Positions 1-8,722 of a DNA stretch of 17,068 nucleotides are shown piece by piece. A program made the translations under genes and the position numbers. Each line of letters begins with the position of its first letter. Within the stretch, counting starts at the first letter, position 1. This DNA comes from Campylobacterota bacterium (GTDB taxonomy: Bacteria > Campylobacterota > Campylobacteria > Campylobacterales > Sulfurovaceae), in assembly GCA_034722955.1 (NCBI GenBank), contig JAYEOM010000044.1, positions 1 to 17,068 on the forward strand, given 5' to 3'. Below the pieces are notes generated by a model. That model was not told the origin of the DNA. It saw only the letters and a program-made list of their open reading frames with translations, and made no database searches.

Positions 1-132
1 GGTTATGTGACATTTTTTATTTTAGCGTATTTTTGCTTTCACTATTCATAGTGTGAGTTGTCATTGTTACCCCTCTACCAAAGAGATCTATCCATATTTT
101 GTTTTTGGCAACTTCCTTGGTGCAGATCTCTC

Positions 133-594
133 TTATATTTTTGCAATGACCTCTTCAAACTCTCTGGTTATCTTCTCTTTCTCTCCTCTGTCGAGACACT
201 CGATAGTGTGGATGTAGAGAGTCTCTCCCTCAATATCCAGTGTTAGTGTACCGGGTGTTAGAGTTATGGAGTTTGCCAGCAGCAGCTTCTTCCAGTCACT
301 TGTCAAGTCTGTTTTGACTGCGACTATAGCCGGAGAGAGTTTCATATCTCTACTGAGTACTCTATGTGCAATACTTATATTGGATTTTACGAGATTTTTG
401 ATAAGAACAGATAGATATGCCACTAGCCAGACAGGAGTGATCCACCCATAACTCTCACCCTCAAATATCCTCGTGTAGAGCAGTGCCACACCCACGCTTG
501 CCAACACTCCTATAGTGATATTTTGCATATCAACTCTGTCACTCAACACCATCCATATCACAAACAAAAATAGTGACCAAAATAGGATTCTCAT
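133..594 (-). CDS. mbsA: Na+/H+ antiporter subunit E family (MrpE/MnhE); MbsA/MbxA-like subunit, last gene of the operon
   Basis: N-terminal TM helices plus the MrpE signature LLANSITLTPGTLTLDI...LYIH. Start moved from the ORF-track 642 to ATG 594 (MRILFW), which follows AAGGGG and lies just after the mbsN stop. Confidence 0.9.
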   Translation of the reverse strand: MRILFWSLFLFVIWMVLSDRVDMQNITIGVLASVGVALLYTRIFEGESYGWITPVWLVAYLSVLIKNLVKSNISIAHRVLSRDMKLSPAIVAVKTDLTSDWKKLLLANSITLTPGTLTLDIEGETLYIHTIECLDRGEKEKITREFEEVIAKI

Positions 595-604
595 AGATAC
601 CCCC

Positions 605-997
605 TTACCTGTTTTTTGGCATATATAAAAAATCAGAAGCATACTTGGTCACACCCAAATACTCCTCATCTAGCTTCAGTGAATCCGGAGGGCAGACATC
701 TGTACAGAGAGAGCACCAACAGCATCGTCCATAGTCTATACGGGGTATACATTGAGAGTTGTTCTTTGTATTGTACTCTCTATCTGTCTTGATCATATCT
801 ATCGCATCATTCATACATACATCTTGACAGTTGGCACACCCTATGCAGTCAACTAGCAGATTGGTATGAAACCCTCTATATCCTAACGCTGTCTCTTTTT
901 TGACATCAGGATAAGCGATAGTGTTTGGTTTTTGAAAAAAAGCCCCCCATATACTCAAGGGTGATACTACTCCGCTGATATCTATCTTCCACTTCAT
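605..997 (-). CDS. mbsN: 2x[4Fe-4S] ferredoxin-type subunit (NuoI-like); MbsN/MbxN
   Basis: YP...GYRGFH motif, CIGCANCQDVC and IDYGRCCWCSLCTDVCP cluster motifs; RBS GAGGTG; follows the NuoD-like gene. Confidence 0.9.
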   Translation of the reverse strand: MKWKIDISGVVSPLSIWGAFFQKPNTIAYPDVKKETALGYRGFHTNLLVDCIGCANCQDVCMNDAIDMIKTDREYNTKNNSQCIPRIDYGRCCWCSLCTDVCPPDSLKLDEEYLGVTKYASDFLYMPKNR

Positions 998-1010
998 AAA
1001 CTCACCTCTC

Positions 1011-2114
1011 TCATCTCTCTATCTCAGGAGGACATATGCCCAGTGAGTTCATGATCAGAGCTACATCACTCAGCTCTGCTCCTACTAGTAGCTCCTCTAA
1101 CAGTGTAAAGGCATGCACTAGAGATGGGCCTCTAACCTGCATACGCCTGATCTTTTCACTGCCATCTCCTGCCATATAGTAGGCGAACTCTCCTCTGGAG
1201 CTCTCTACTTTGACCCAAGTATCATCTTTGGGAAGTTTGAACTTTCTGTGAGTGGGCATCTTGGTCATGATCTCGCCTTTTGGCATCTTGGATATCACTT
1301 GATCCAAAATATGAATACTCTGATCCATCTCTGCACGCCTGACCAATGCTCTAGCATAGACATCACCTGCCTGCTCTATGGGTACTTCAAACTCCAGCTC
1401 ATCATAGACTAGATAGGGAGCATCTTTTCGGACATCTGCTTGGATACCGCAACCACGAAGTACTTGACCCACATATCCATTTTGGATACAATCTTCAGGA
1501 GTGACTACACCTACACCTACTGCTCTAGCCTTGAAGGAGGCGTTGTTGATGAAGATATCATCATAGACCTTGAGTCTGGTTTTGAAATGCTCCAACACCC
1601 TCTCTACTCTCTCTAGGAATCCATCAGGCAACTCTCTCCTGACACCACCGGGATATACATACATATGATAAACCCTGCCGCCTGTCAACTCTTCGAAAAG
1701 ATCAAGGATGAGATCTCTATCAGCTATCGCCCACTGACCTACTGCATAGAGTCCTATCGAACCACTCTGACCGGCAAGCCATAGACACTGTGAAGCCAAA
1801 CGGGAGAGTTCCAGTATCATCACTCGGATATAGTTGGCTCTTGGTGATACCTCTATACCTGCCAACTCCTCTACTGCCAATGCGAAGTTGACCTCATTGG
1901 GGTCTGGCTCCGGTACACAGATACGACAGACGATCGTAAAGGCTTGGATCACGGTGCGTCTCTCAATCAGCTTTTCAAAACCGCGATGTAGATACCCTAC
2001 ATGTGTAGTTGCTCTCTGGATCGTCTCACCTATCAGATCAAGCTCTATACTCATGTTACCTGTGATACCCGGGTGTTGGGGACCATGAAAGATCGTAATA
2101 TGTCTACTTCCCAT
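1011..2114 (-). CDS. mbsL: NuoD / hydrogenase large-subunit homolog lacking a complete Ni site; MbsL/MbxL
   Basis: GPQHP, GYLHRGFEKL, RICVPEPD, ELSRLASQ, VESSRGE, RGPS and C-terminal ICPPEIER. Start set to ATG 2114 (MGSRH), downstream of AAGGAG at 2122-2127. Confidence 0.92.
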   Translation of the reverse strand: MGSRHITIFHGPQHPGITGNMSIELDLIGETIQRATTHVGYLHRGFEKLIERRTVIQAFTIVCRICVPEPDPNEVNFALAVEELAGIEVSPRANYIRVMILELSRLASQCLWLAGQSGSIGLYAVGQWAIADRDLILDLFEELTGGRVYHMYVYPGGVRRELPDGFLERVERVLEHFKTRLKVYDDIFINNASFKARAVGVGVVTPEDCIQNGYVGQVLRGCGIQADVRKDAPYLVYDELEFEVPIEQAGDVYARALVRRAEMDQSIHILDQVISKMPKGEIMTKMPTHRKFKLPKDDTWVKVESSRGEFAYYMAGDGSEKIRRMQVRGPSLVHAFTLLEELLVGAELSDVALIMNSLGICPPEIER

Positions 2115-2685
2115 CAGAACTCTCCTTGGCATCTTCTTTGGCCTTTTGGGCTGCTGCTTTCTGTGCTTTTTTTAGGGCTCTGAGCCGTTTCATCTCTTTC
2201 TTGACATCTATATTGTCATCACGACCCTCTCTAAATGCGAGATGATCGTTGACAAACTCAAGTGTATCAAACTCCCGTCTGAGTGGGGGTGTATGTACCC
2301 AGTTCTCCAAGCTCAACTCTGTGAGGTTATCATTGCCAGGGAACTCTATACCATACATCTCATGAAGATCCCTCTCCATGATCTCAGCTTGTCTAAATCT
2401 CTCTCTCAGCGATCTTATCTCGGCACTCTCTCTGCTGATCATAGTCTGCACCATCATAGTATGTTTTCGATCGTAAGTGGTCAGCACATAGGTGATAGCG
2501 AAATGATCCTCCTCTATCCAGTCTGTACATGTGATGGCGTTGAGTGTTTTGTAGCTATAGTGATCGCTGAGCATATATATCAGCTCAAAGATACGGTGTC
2601 TCTCTACTGCAACTTTCGCCAAGTCTACTCTCTTGACCTCTATATCGTCAGTGGCAAAACGATTTTTGATTTCATTGAACATCAT
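2104..2685 (-). CDS. mbsK: NADH-quinone oxidoreductase subunit C family (NuoC-like); MbsK/MbxK
   Basis: AITCTDW, ERDLHEMYGIEFPG and PPLRREF motifs of the NuoC family; ATGA overlap with the mbsJ stop; GGAGG RBS (start 2685 or 2682). Confidence 0.9.
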   Translation of the reverse strand: MMFNEIKNRFATDDIEVKRVDLAKVAVERHRIFELIYMLSDHYSYKTLNAITCTDWIEEDHFAITYVLTTYDRKHTMMVQTMISRESAEIRSLRERFRQAEIMERDLHEMYGIEFPGNDNLTELSLENWVHTPPLRREFDTLEFVNDHLAFREGRDDNIDVKKEMKRLRALKKAQKAAAQKAKEDAKESSDGK

Positions 2686-3299
2686 AAGCCTCCATCATAT
2701 AGATACCAGTCTGCATCATAAGCGGGTGAGACGATATCACCCAGTACTGCCTCTTGGTTCTTTCGATAAAAGGGATAGTTCTCTTCATATCTCTGCCAAG
2801 AGGAGGCTTTGCCCTCTGCGATCTCTCTTTGCAGTTCTATAAACCCCTCTAGTATACTCTCGGGACGAGGCATACATCCATTGACATAGATATCTACAGG
2901 GAGATAATCTTCAAGTCTCTTGATCGTATTGTAGGAGTCCCAGTACATTCCTCCATTGACAGTACAGGAGCCAAGTGCCAAAATATATTTGGGATTTGCC
3001 ATCTGCTCATATGTACGGATGATGCGTCTGAGTGTCTTGTAGGAGCAGTACCCTGATACTATGATCACATCAGCCTGTCTAGGTGTCGCAGCTCCGCGAA
3101 TACCCAATCTCTCAGCATCGTAGCGACTAGTAAAGGTCGGGGGCATCTCTATAGCTCCGCACCCTGTACCATAGGCGAGGACAAATATCGATCTCTTGCG
3201 AAACCAATCCATCAGAAAATCTACACTGCTTTGGTGTGAAGTGTCCGAGTTGAGATCGCTCTCCATCATCTGCTGCTCTTTTAGAAAACCTTCATCCAT
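2682..3299 (-). CDS. mbsJ: NuoB / hydrogenase small-subunit homolog with [4Fe-4S] cluster; MbsJ/MbxJ
   Basis: GTGCGAIEMPP, RYDAERLG, TPRQAD, EQMANPKY, GSCTVNGG and PVDIYVNGCMPRPE. ATG 3299, just after the mbsM stop, is preferred over TTG 3314. Confidence 0.92.
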   Translation of the reverse strand: MDEGFLKEQQMMESDLNSDTSHQSSVDFLMDWFRKRSIFVLAYGTGCGAIEMPPTFTSRYDAERLGIRGAATPRQADVIIVSGYCSYKTLRRIIRTYEQMANPKYILALGSCTVNGGMYWDSYNTIKRLEDYLPVDIYVNGCMPRPESILEGFIELQREIAEGKASSWQRYEENYPFYRKNQEAVLGDIVSPAYDADWYLYDGGL

Positions 3300-3301
3300 A
3301 C

Positions 3302-4198
3302 CTACTGCCCCCAATCTGTTGCTAAGATAAGCCCGACTATAGCGATAACTGTCGGTACTCTCATCAGAAAATCTACACTTTGCGGTGTCTTAAATCGTCC
3401 ATATAGTGCACCCAAAGCTGTCACCAGCAGAAAGAGCATAAAGGTTTTGCCGATCAATGATAAAAATCCATCCGCACCTCCCAAAAAGAGATTGACCATC
3501 AGAACTAACTTTGCAAAAGTGAAGATAGCACTTTGGCTCATCAAGAGTGCCAAAAATTTACCACTAAACTCTGCTGCCGGTCCAGAGTATACTTCGACTG
3601 GTGCCCCCACTACATCGAAAGGTGACTGCCCCATCATCGCAACAAAAGAGAAGAGAGCAGCTACAAAGAGGAGGGGATAGGCAAAAGCGTTGATAGTTTC
3701 GGCTTGCTGGGATGCTATGGTAGCGATATCTGCACTCTGGCTGAGACTCATCAGAGCGATCACTGAGATATAAAATGGTAACTCCATCGCAAACATACGA
3801 GTAAGCCCTCGCGTGACACCCATCACACCAAAGGGATTTCCACTCACTCCTACTCCCATCGCATTGCCTAGGGGGCCTAGCAGCATCAGGTAGAGTACCA
3901 AAAATAGGTTCCCATGCTCACTCAAACCGCTAAAGCTCTCACTCTGGTAAAAGAGAGGGACAAAAAAGAGGGTCATTATCGCCCCTGTCATCATGATGAC
4001 GGGTCCTAGATAGAACATCCAGCCATGCGAAATACTCTCTTTTTTTCCAAAGAATTTGATGCTGTCGTAGAGTGATTGAAAAACTGTTGGTCCTATCCTC
4101 CTCTGGAATCTTGCCGTGATATTACGATAGAGACCATAGTATAGAAACCCAACTATATAGGCTGTAAGCAGTGTACCTATCAAATTTAACAGTATCAT
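3302..4198 (-). CDS. mbsM: Complex I subunit 1 family (NuoH-like) membrane anchor; MbsM/MbxM
   Basis: RNITARFQRRIGP...DSIKFFGKKE and SPFDVVGAPVEVYSGPAAEFSG motifs; multiple TM helices; ATG 4198 overlaps the mbsH' stop (ATGA). Confidence 0.92.
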   Translation of the reverse strand: MILLNLIGTLLTAYIVGFLYYGLYRNITARFQRRIGPTVFQSLYDSIKFFGKKESISHGWMFYLGPVIMMTGAIMTLFFVPLFYQSESFSGLSEHGNLFLVLYLMLLGPLGNAMGVGVSGNPFGVMGVTRGLTRMFAMELPFYISVIALMSLSQSADIATIASQQAETINAFAYPLLFVAALFSFVAMMGQSPFDVVGAPVEVYSGPAAEFSGKFLALLMSQSAIFTFAKLVLMVNLFLGGADGFLSLIGKTFMLFLLVTALGALYGRFKTPQSVDFLMRVPTVIAIVGLILATDWGQ

Positions 4199-5946
4199 TT
4201 TATACCCCACCATAATAGAATCAAAGCAAACACTACTGCTATGTTAAAATTTTGTACTAGATTTCCAGAGTAGATCCTTCTGACAAACTCAGAGGTAGCC
4301 CAGAGCTGCTTGGCGATATAGTCATAAAAAAAACTGCTGGAGTTTTTGAGTATGATAGCGACAAACCATACTCTCTTTAGCTCTCTGCCCATAGAGTAGC
4401 CATAGTGTAGATGAGTACCTTCGTTAGGAACCTCTCCGCAATAGGCAATATCAAACCGATCTTTTGCCTCTTTGACCTTGGATGAGAGAGAGAGGAGGAG
4501 AGAGAGTACAATAATAAAGAGTATCATAAATGCACTCATAACTACCAAACCGTTGTAGCTGGCTATCGCTGTCCCTAGAGTCTCATAAGCAGCAAAAGGC
4601 AACTGCTCTACACCCAACTCAACAAGTATGGTATTGAGATATGGAACAATCAAGCCCGGAAATACTCCCATCACTATCAATATGAGAGATATGATATATT
4701 GTGGCAATAGAAAGATGAACGGTACCTCTGCTACACTCTCCAGACTCTTGGAGGTAGGATGTCCCAGATAGATACCATAGATCATCTTGTATATGTAGAG
4801 GAAAGCAGAAGCACCTGCGAACATCATAGCAGCAAGCATCAGTAGATTTTTCCCCTCTAGCAGTGTAGTATACATGAGAAATTTAGAAGCGAAACCACCC
4901 AATGGAGGCATACCTGCCAAGACGATGATCCCTATCAGGAGCAGTACGAATGATTGGGGCATACGATATATCAAACCACCCAGTTGGCTATATTTTGATC
5001 GTGCAGTGACATAGATGATCCCTGCTATATTGATAAAGAGCATGAGTTTGACTAGGGTATGGATGAGAGAGTGATAGAGAGCAGCACTAACGCCATCTGC
5101 CAGAGACAGTACAGTGACGATATATCCCAATTGGGCTATAGATGAGTAGGCGAGAGCTCTCTTCATGCTATCTTCATTGAGTGCTTTAAATGCTGCGATG
5201 ATCGAACTCAACAGACCCATAACCCCCAGTGTATATCCTAACCAGTGATGCGAGAGTGTAGAGATATCAACCACATAGATCAAGAGTATGATCATAGCAT
5301 ATATGCCCATCTTGGAGAGAACTGCCGAGAGAAAAGGGGTGAAGAGATCAGCAGACTCGTCATAGCTATCTACTAACCAATAGTGAAACCCTATAGTCCC
5401 AAGTTTGACAAAAAAAGCAAAAAGCATCAAGATGATAAAAATAGTACGCATGTTGTCAGACAACAAGAGAAAGGCTTGATGTGCATCTGCATATAGAAAA
5501 CTATGAGAAGTTGAGTAGAGTATCATGATGCCCGCTAGCAGACTCATGGCAGAAGCCATAGCAAAGATGACATATTTGAGCAGAGCTTTACGGCTCAAAT
5601 CATAAGAGAGCAGGAGATAGGTTGTCACACTCATAACTTCCCAACCGACAAAAAAGAGTAGATAGTCCTCCGCATATACGATCAGGAATAGTCCTGCACT
5701 CAGCAGATAAAATAGAAGATAGAAACTCTTTGTCTGCCTATATTTAGGTGTGGCGATAGAGAGGATCATGATAGAAAAAGCTATCAATAGTGCAAAGAAG
5801 TTTGCCAAAGCTGTAGCCCTCAGACCTATCACAACCTCATCCAACCCCACTCTGCTCAAATCATACTGCCAAGAGAGTGAAGTATCAAAAAGAGATGTGA
5901 CGACCCAGAGTATAAAGAGTGAAATGACAAAAGGTATATATCTCAT
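4195..5946 (-). CDS. mbsH': Proton-conducting antiporter-like membrane subunit (MrpA/D, NuoL-like) with C-terminal extension; MbsH'/MbxH'
   Basis: FFVGWEVMS, FVKLGTIGFHYWL, SAVLSKMG, KRALAYSSIAQLGY, HTLVKLMLF and LAGMPPLGGFASK; 583 aa with a long C-terminal tail ending in a TM segment; RBS AGGAG. Confidence 0.9.
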   Translation of the reverse strand: MRYIPFVISLFILWVVTSLFDTSLSWQYDLSRVGLDEVVIGLRATALANFFALLIAFSIMILSIATPKYRQTKSFYLLFYLLSAGLFLIVYAEDYLLFFVGWEVMSVTTYLLLSYDLSRKALLKYVIFAMASAMSLLAGIMILYSTSHSFLYADAHQAFLLLSDNMRTIFIILMLFAFFVKLGTIGFHYWLVDSYDESADLFTPFLSAVLSKMGIYAMIILLIYVVDISTLSHHWLGYTLGVMGLLSSIIAAFKALNEDSMKRALAYSSIAQLGYIVTVLSLADGVSAALYHSLIHTLVKLMLFINIAGIIYVTARSKYSQLGGLIYRMPQSFVLLLIGIIVLAGMPPLGGFASKFLMYTTLLEGKNLLMLAAMMFAGASAFLYIYKMIYGIYLGHPTSKSLESVAEVPFIFLLPQYIISLILIVMGVFPGLIVPYLNTILVELGVEQLPFAAYETLGTAIASYNGLVVMSAFMILFIIVLSLLLSLSSKVKEAKDRFDIAYCGEVPNEGTHLHYGYSMGRELKRVWFVAIILKNSSSFFYDYIAKQLWATSEFVRRIYSGNLVQNFNIAVVFALILLWWGIK

Positions 5947-7400
5947 GAGGAGACTCCTAAAAGTGCCGTGATATAGCTTTGACTATCGAGCAAGGCTGCT
6001 GATGCCTGCTCTATAGAGCCGGAGATCAACCATGGTGCAGTACCTATAACGACCAGTATCAATGCCAGCAGAGTAAATAGACTCTTCTGACCAAGCGTGA
6101 GAGAGAGCTCTGTTCTCTCTCTCTCTCTACTCAGTAGTCTGCCCGAGATCTTAAAGTAGTAGATACTCTCTATGAGTGATGCGATGATGATCATAGCCAA
6201 TACTATAAACTCTCCACTAACTGCAAAACTCTTGAGTGCCAAAAACTTCCCTGTAAAACCCAATAGAGGCGGTATACCCAAGAGAGAGAGCATAGCTAAA
6301 AACATGATCACCATCAAAAATGGTGAACTAAGCTCCTTGAGTATATCTATGTCTTCACTCTGATATGCCTGCTCTATAGAGGCGATAGCCAAAAATAGCA
6401 TCATCTTTGCTACAGAGTGTGCCAATATAATAAAGAGTGCCGCTATGAGAGCATCGCTATTTTGCAGTGCCATCACAGAGAAGATCAATCCAACCTGTCC
6501 CAATGAGGAGTAGGCAAAAACTCTCTTGAGGTTCGTCTGTTTGAGAGCAACTACCTCAGCCACCAGCATGCTCAATGCACCTATATAGAGTAGAAAGATA
6601 CCAAACTCACCATTTGGCATAAATAGATATAGAATATGAAAAAAGAGAAAGAGATAAGCCTTGACAACAATAGCAGAGAAGAGTGCATCTACAGGGGCAG
6701 AGGAGCCTTCATAGATATCACTAACCCAAAAGTTGAGAGGAAATATCTCTACCTTGAGACCAAATCCCAATAGCAGCAGGAGGGTGATCACTATCTTGAT
6801 ATTGTATGGCAGTGTCACAAACGATTCACTCAAGATAGCAAGATTTAGTGAGCCTAGATAGATATATATCATAGCTATCGCAAAGATCAAAAATACCGAA
6901 GCTAGCATACCGGTCAACAGGTACTTGATCCCTGCTTCGAGTGCCTTGGGTGTTTTGCGGTAAGCACTCAGGATATAGGCAGTGATACCGGCTATCTCAA
7001 AAAAGACATAGATGTTGAAGATATCACTGCTCAATACCAACCCTATACTAGATGCAAGCAGCATATTGATCAAGATGAAAAATTTATTCTCATTCTCATA
7101 GGGATTGACTCTTCTAAGCCTCAAGTAGTAGAGAGAAAATATAGTCATCAGAAATGTGAAGAGTACCACAAAAAAGAGTGATGCTTTGTTCAAAACAAAA
7201 GAGATACCCAAGGGAGGATTGATAGCTATGACCTCTACATGCCAAGAGGTAGAGAGTATCAGTGAGAGGGAGAGTAGAAAGAGAGATGCCTGCATCAATG
7301 TAGAGGTATACGCAACACCATTTTTGCCTAGTTTTGATACTATGGGTGTAGCAAACCCAAAGAGAAGTGGCAGTGCTACAAAATATATACTGCTCATCAT
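5943..7400 (-). CDS. mbsH: Proton-conducting antiporter-like membrane subunit (MrpD/MnhD family); MbsH/MbxH
   Basis: DIFNIYVFFEI, LEAGIKYL, FGLKVEIFPLNFW, LKRVFAYSSLGQVG, HSVAKMMLF and LLGIPPLLGFTGK; ATGA overlaps at both ends. Confidence 0.92.
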   Translation of the reverse strand: MMSSIYFVALPLLFGFATPIVSKLGKNGVAYTSTLMQASLFLLSLSLILSTSWHVEVIAINPPLGISFVLNKASLFFVVLFTFLMTIFSLYYLRLRRVNPYENENKFFILINMLLASSIGLVLSSDIFNIYVFFEIAGITAYILSAYRKTPKALEAGIKYLLTGMLASVFLIFAIAMIYIYLGSLNLAILSESFVTLPYNIKIVITLLLLLGFGLKVEIFPLNFWVSDIYEGSSAPVDALFSAIVVKAYLFLFFHILYLFMPNGEFGIFLLYIGALSMLVAEVVALKQTNLKRVFAYSSLGQVGLIFSVMALQNSDALIAALFIILAHSVAKMMLFLAIASIEQAYQSEDIDILKELSSPFLMVIMFLAMLSLLGIPPLLGFTGKFLALKSFAVSGEFIVLAMIIIASLIESIYYFKISGRLLSRERERTELSLTLGQKSLFTLLALILVVIGTAPWLISGSIEQASAALLDSQSYITALLGVSS

Positions 7401-7786
7401 CTTCCCATCTCATTCATCTTGTCGATATCTCTTTTGCCTGTCAGCTTGTGGTATTCGATCGCAAAACTGACACCTAGTGCAAAAACAGCCATCCCTATAA
7501 CGATAGCTGTCAATATCATCGCATGAGGGACTGGATCGTTCATAGCGACAAATTCAGTATATCCATCACCCAATATAGGAGCTGTAAAGCCCTTGACAAA
7601 AGTACCCCCTATAAAAAAGAGAAAAACCGCACTCTCCATGATCGCGATGCTGATAAAGACTTTGATAAAATCCCTCTGTGTCAAGAGTCCAAACAGCCCT
7701 ACAAAAAAGAGTGACATAGAGCCTACCACAACTATAGTATCTATCACCTCTTTTTGGTCAAGATATGCAAAGATCATCTCAGTCAT
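7397..7786 (-). CDS. mbsG: Na+/H+ antiporter subunit C family (MrpC/MnhC, NuoK-like); MbsG/MbxG
   Basis: GLFGLL...IKVFISIAIME and DPVPHAMILTAIVIG signature. ATG 7786 is well spaced from GAGGAG, whereas the ORF-track GTG 7792 overlaps that RBS. Confidence 0.92.
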   Translation of the reverse strand: MTEMIFAYLDQKEVIDTIVVVGSMSLFFVGLFGLLTQRDFIKVFISIAIMESAVFLFFIGGTFVKGFTAPILGDGYTEFVAMNDPVPHAMILTAIVIGMAVFALGVSFAIEYHKLTGKRDIDKMNEMGR

Positions 7787-8486
7787 CTTCACTCCTCATG
7801 AGTAGATTTTGAACTATGAGACTCATCTCACTTCCCACTTTGACCCCTACTATGATATAGATCAGAGGGATGATACCTCCACTTAGCAACATACCCATCT
7901 CGGAGATATCATGAGGCAGAAAATTGCCCAAGAAACGATCAACTGTCCATAATCCTATCAAACCGATCAAAACATATGATACACCTGCTAGAGTCTCTAG
8001 TATAGAGATCAGTGAGTGTAAAACTTCAAACTCCCTATATGAGATCAGCAGTAGCAGTACACCGCTAGCTATGATAACACCTCCCTGAAAACCGCCACCG
8101 GGACTCAAATGTCCATAGATCATCACATATATACCAAAGAGAGTGATAATAGGAAAAAGTAACTTTGCCGTTACTTGGAGGATAAAGTTACTCTCTTCTC
8201 TCTGCGATACAGCCTCTTGCGAAGTGAGCATCACCCCTATCCCCAGTGCAGCGATGAAGAGTACAGCGATCTCGCCTAGCGTATCAAATCCACGAAAGTA
8301 TACGACTACAGAGGTGACAGCATTTGCCACTCCATCCTGACTGTTGATAGATAACAATCTATCGCCGGCACGCTCTATAGTTTTGGGCATATTTTCCAGT
8401 AGGATAGTCAGTATAGTCAGTACCAGCAGTGCACTCAGAGCAAAACCACTATAGGTTTGAGTAGGGATATCCCTCTTGAGATTCAT
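7779..8486 (-). CDS. mbsE: MrpB/MnhB-domain subunit fused to an MrpA C-terminal (MbhE-like) segment; MbsE (MbxF)
   Basis: NAVTSVVVYFRGFDTLGE (MbhE / MrpA C-terminal motif) and GHLSPGGGFQGG (MrpB motif) in one 235-aa protein. Confidence 0.9.
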   Translation of the reverse strand: MNLKRDIPTQTYSGFALSALLVLTILTILLENMPKTIERAGDRLLSINSQDGVANAVTSVVVYFRGFDTLGEIAVLFIAALGIGVMLTSQEAVSQREESNFILQVTAKLLFPIITLFGIYVMIYGHLSPGGGFQGGVIIASGVLLLLISYREFEVLHSLISILETLAGVSYVLIGLIGLWTVDRFLGNFLPHDISEMGMLLSGGIIPLIYIIVGVKVGSEMSLIVQNLLMRSEDD

Positions 8487-8722
8487 GGTTCTGCCTTTAA
8501 GTGTTTGAGTGCCATCAAAAAGATCAAAGAGCTGATCCCAACACCGATAACCGCTTCTGTCATAGCAACATCAGGAGCTTGAAAGAGAAAGAATAGCACC
8601 ACACTCCCCAATCCCACCCCCATAAAGAGGATGATAGCATCAGCAACCCTCTCTTGGGTCACAGCAGCAAAAGCGATAACAACAATAGCGATAAAAGATC
8701 CCAATATGATCATCCCTATCAT
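8483..8722 (-). CDS. mbsD: Small membrane subunit, DUF4040 / MbhD family; MbsD/MbxD
   Basis: Three hydrophobic segments with the QAPDVAMTEAVIG motif; RBS GAGGAG; ATGA overlaps. Confidence 0.9.
   Translation of the reverse strand: MIGMIILGSFIAIVVIAFAAVTQERVADAIILFMGVGLGSVVLFFLFQAPDVAMTEAVIGVGISSLIFLMALKHLKAEP

Noticed and set aside
17..64. Small minus-strand ORF MTTHTMNSESKNTLK after a GAGGGG RBS-like site downstream of mbsA
   Set aside because: Only 15 codons with no recognisable features, and at the window edge; cannot be supported.
605..3299. Group 4 [NiFe] hydrogenase (Mbh/Ech/Hyf)
   Set aside because: Both large-subunit CxxC Ni motifs are incomplete (CVPE, CPPE) and no maturation genes are present in the window.
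605..7786. Canonical complex I (nuo) operon
   Set aside because: No NuoA/E/F/G; only two antiporter-like subunits; NuoB tandem CC and the NuoD quinone His/Tyr are absent; Mrp E/F/G-type genes are present.
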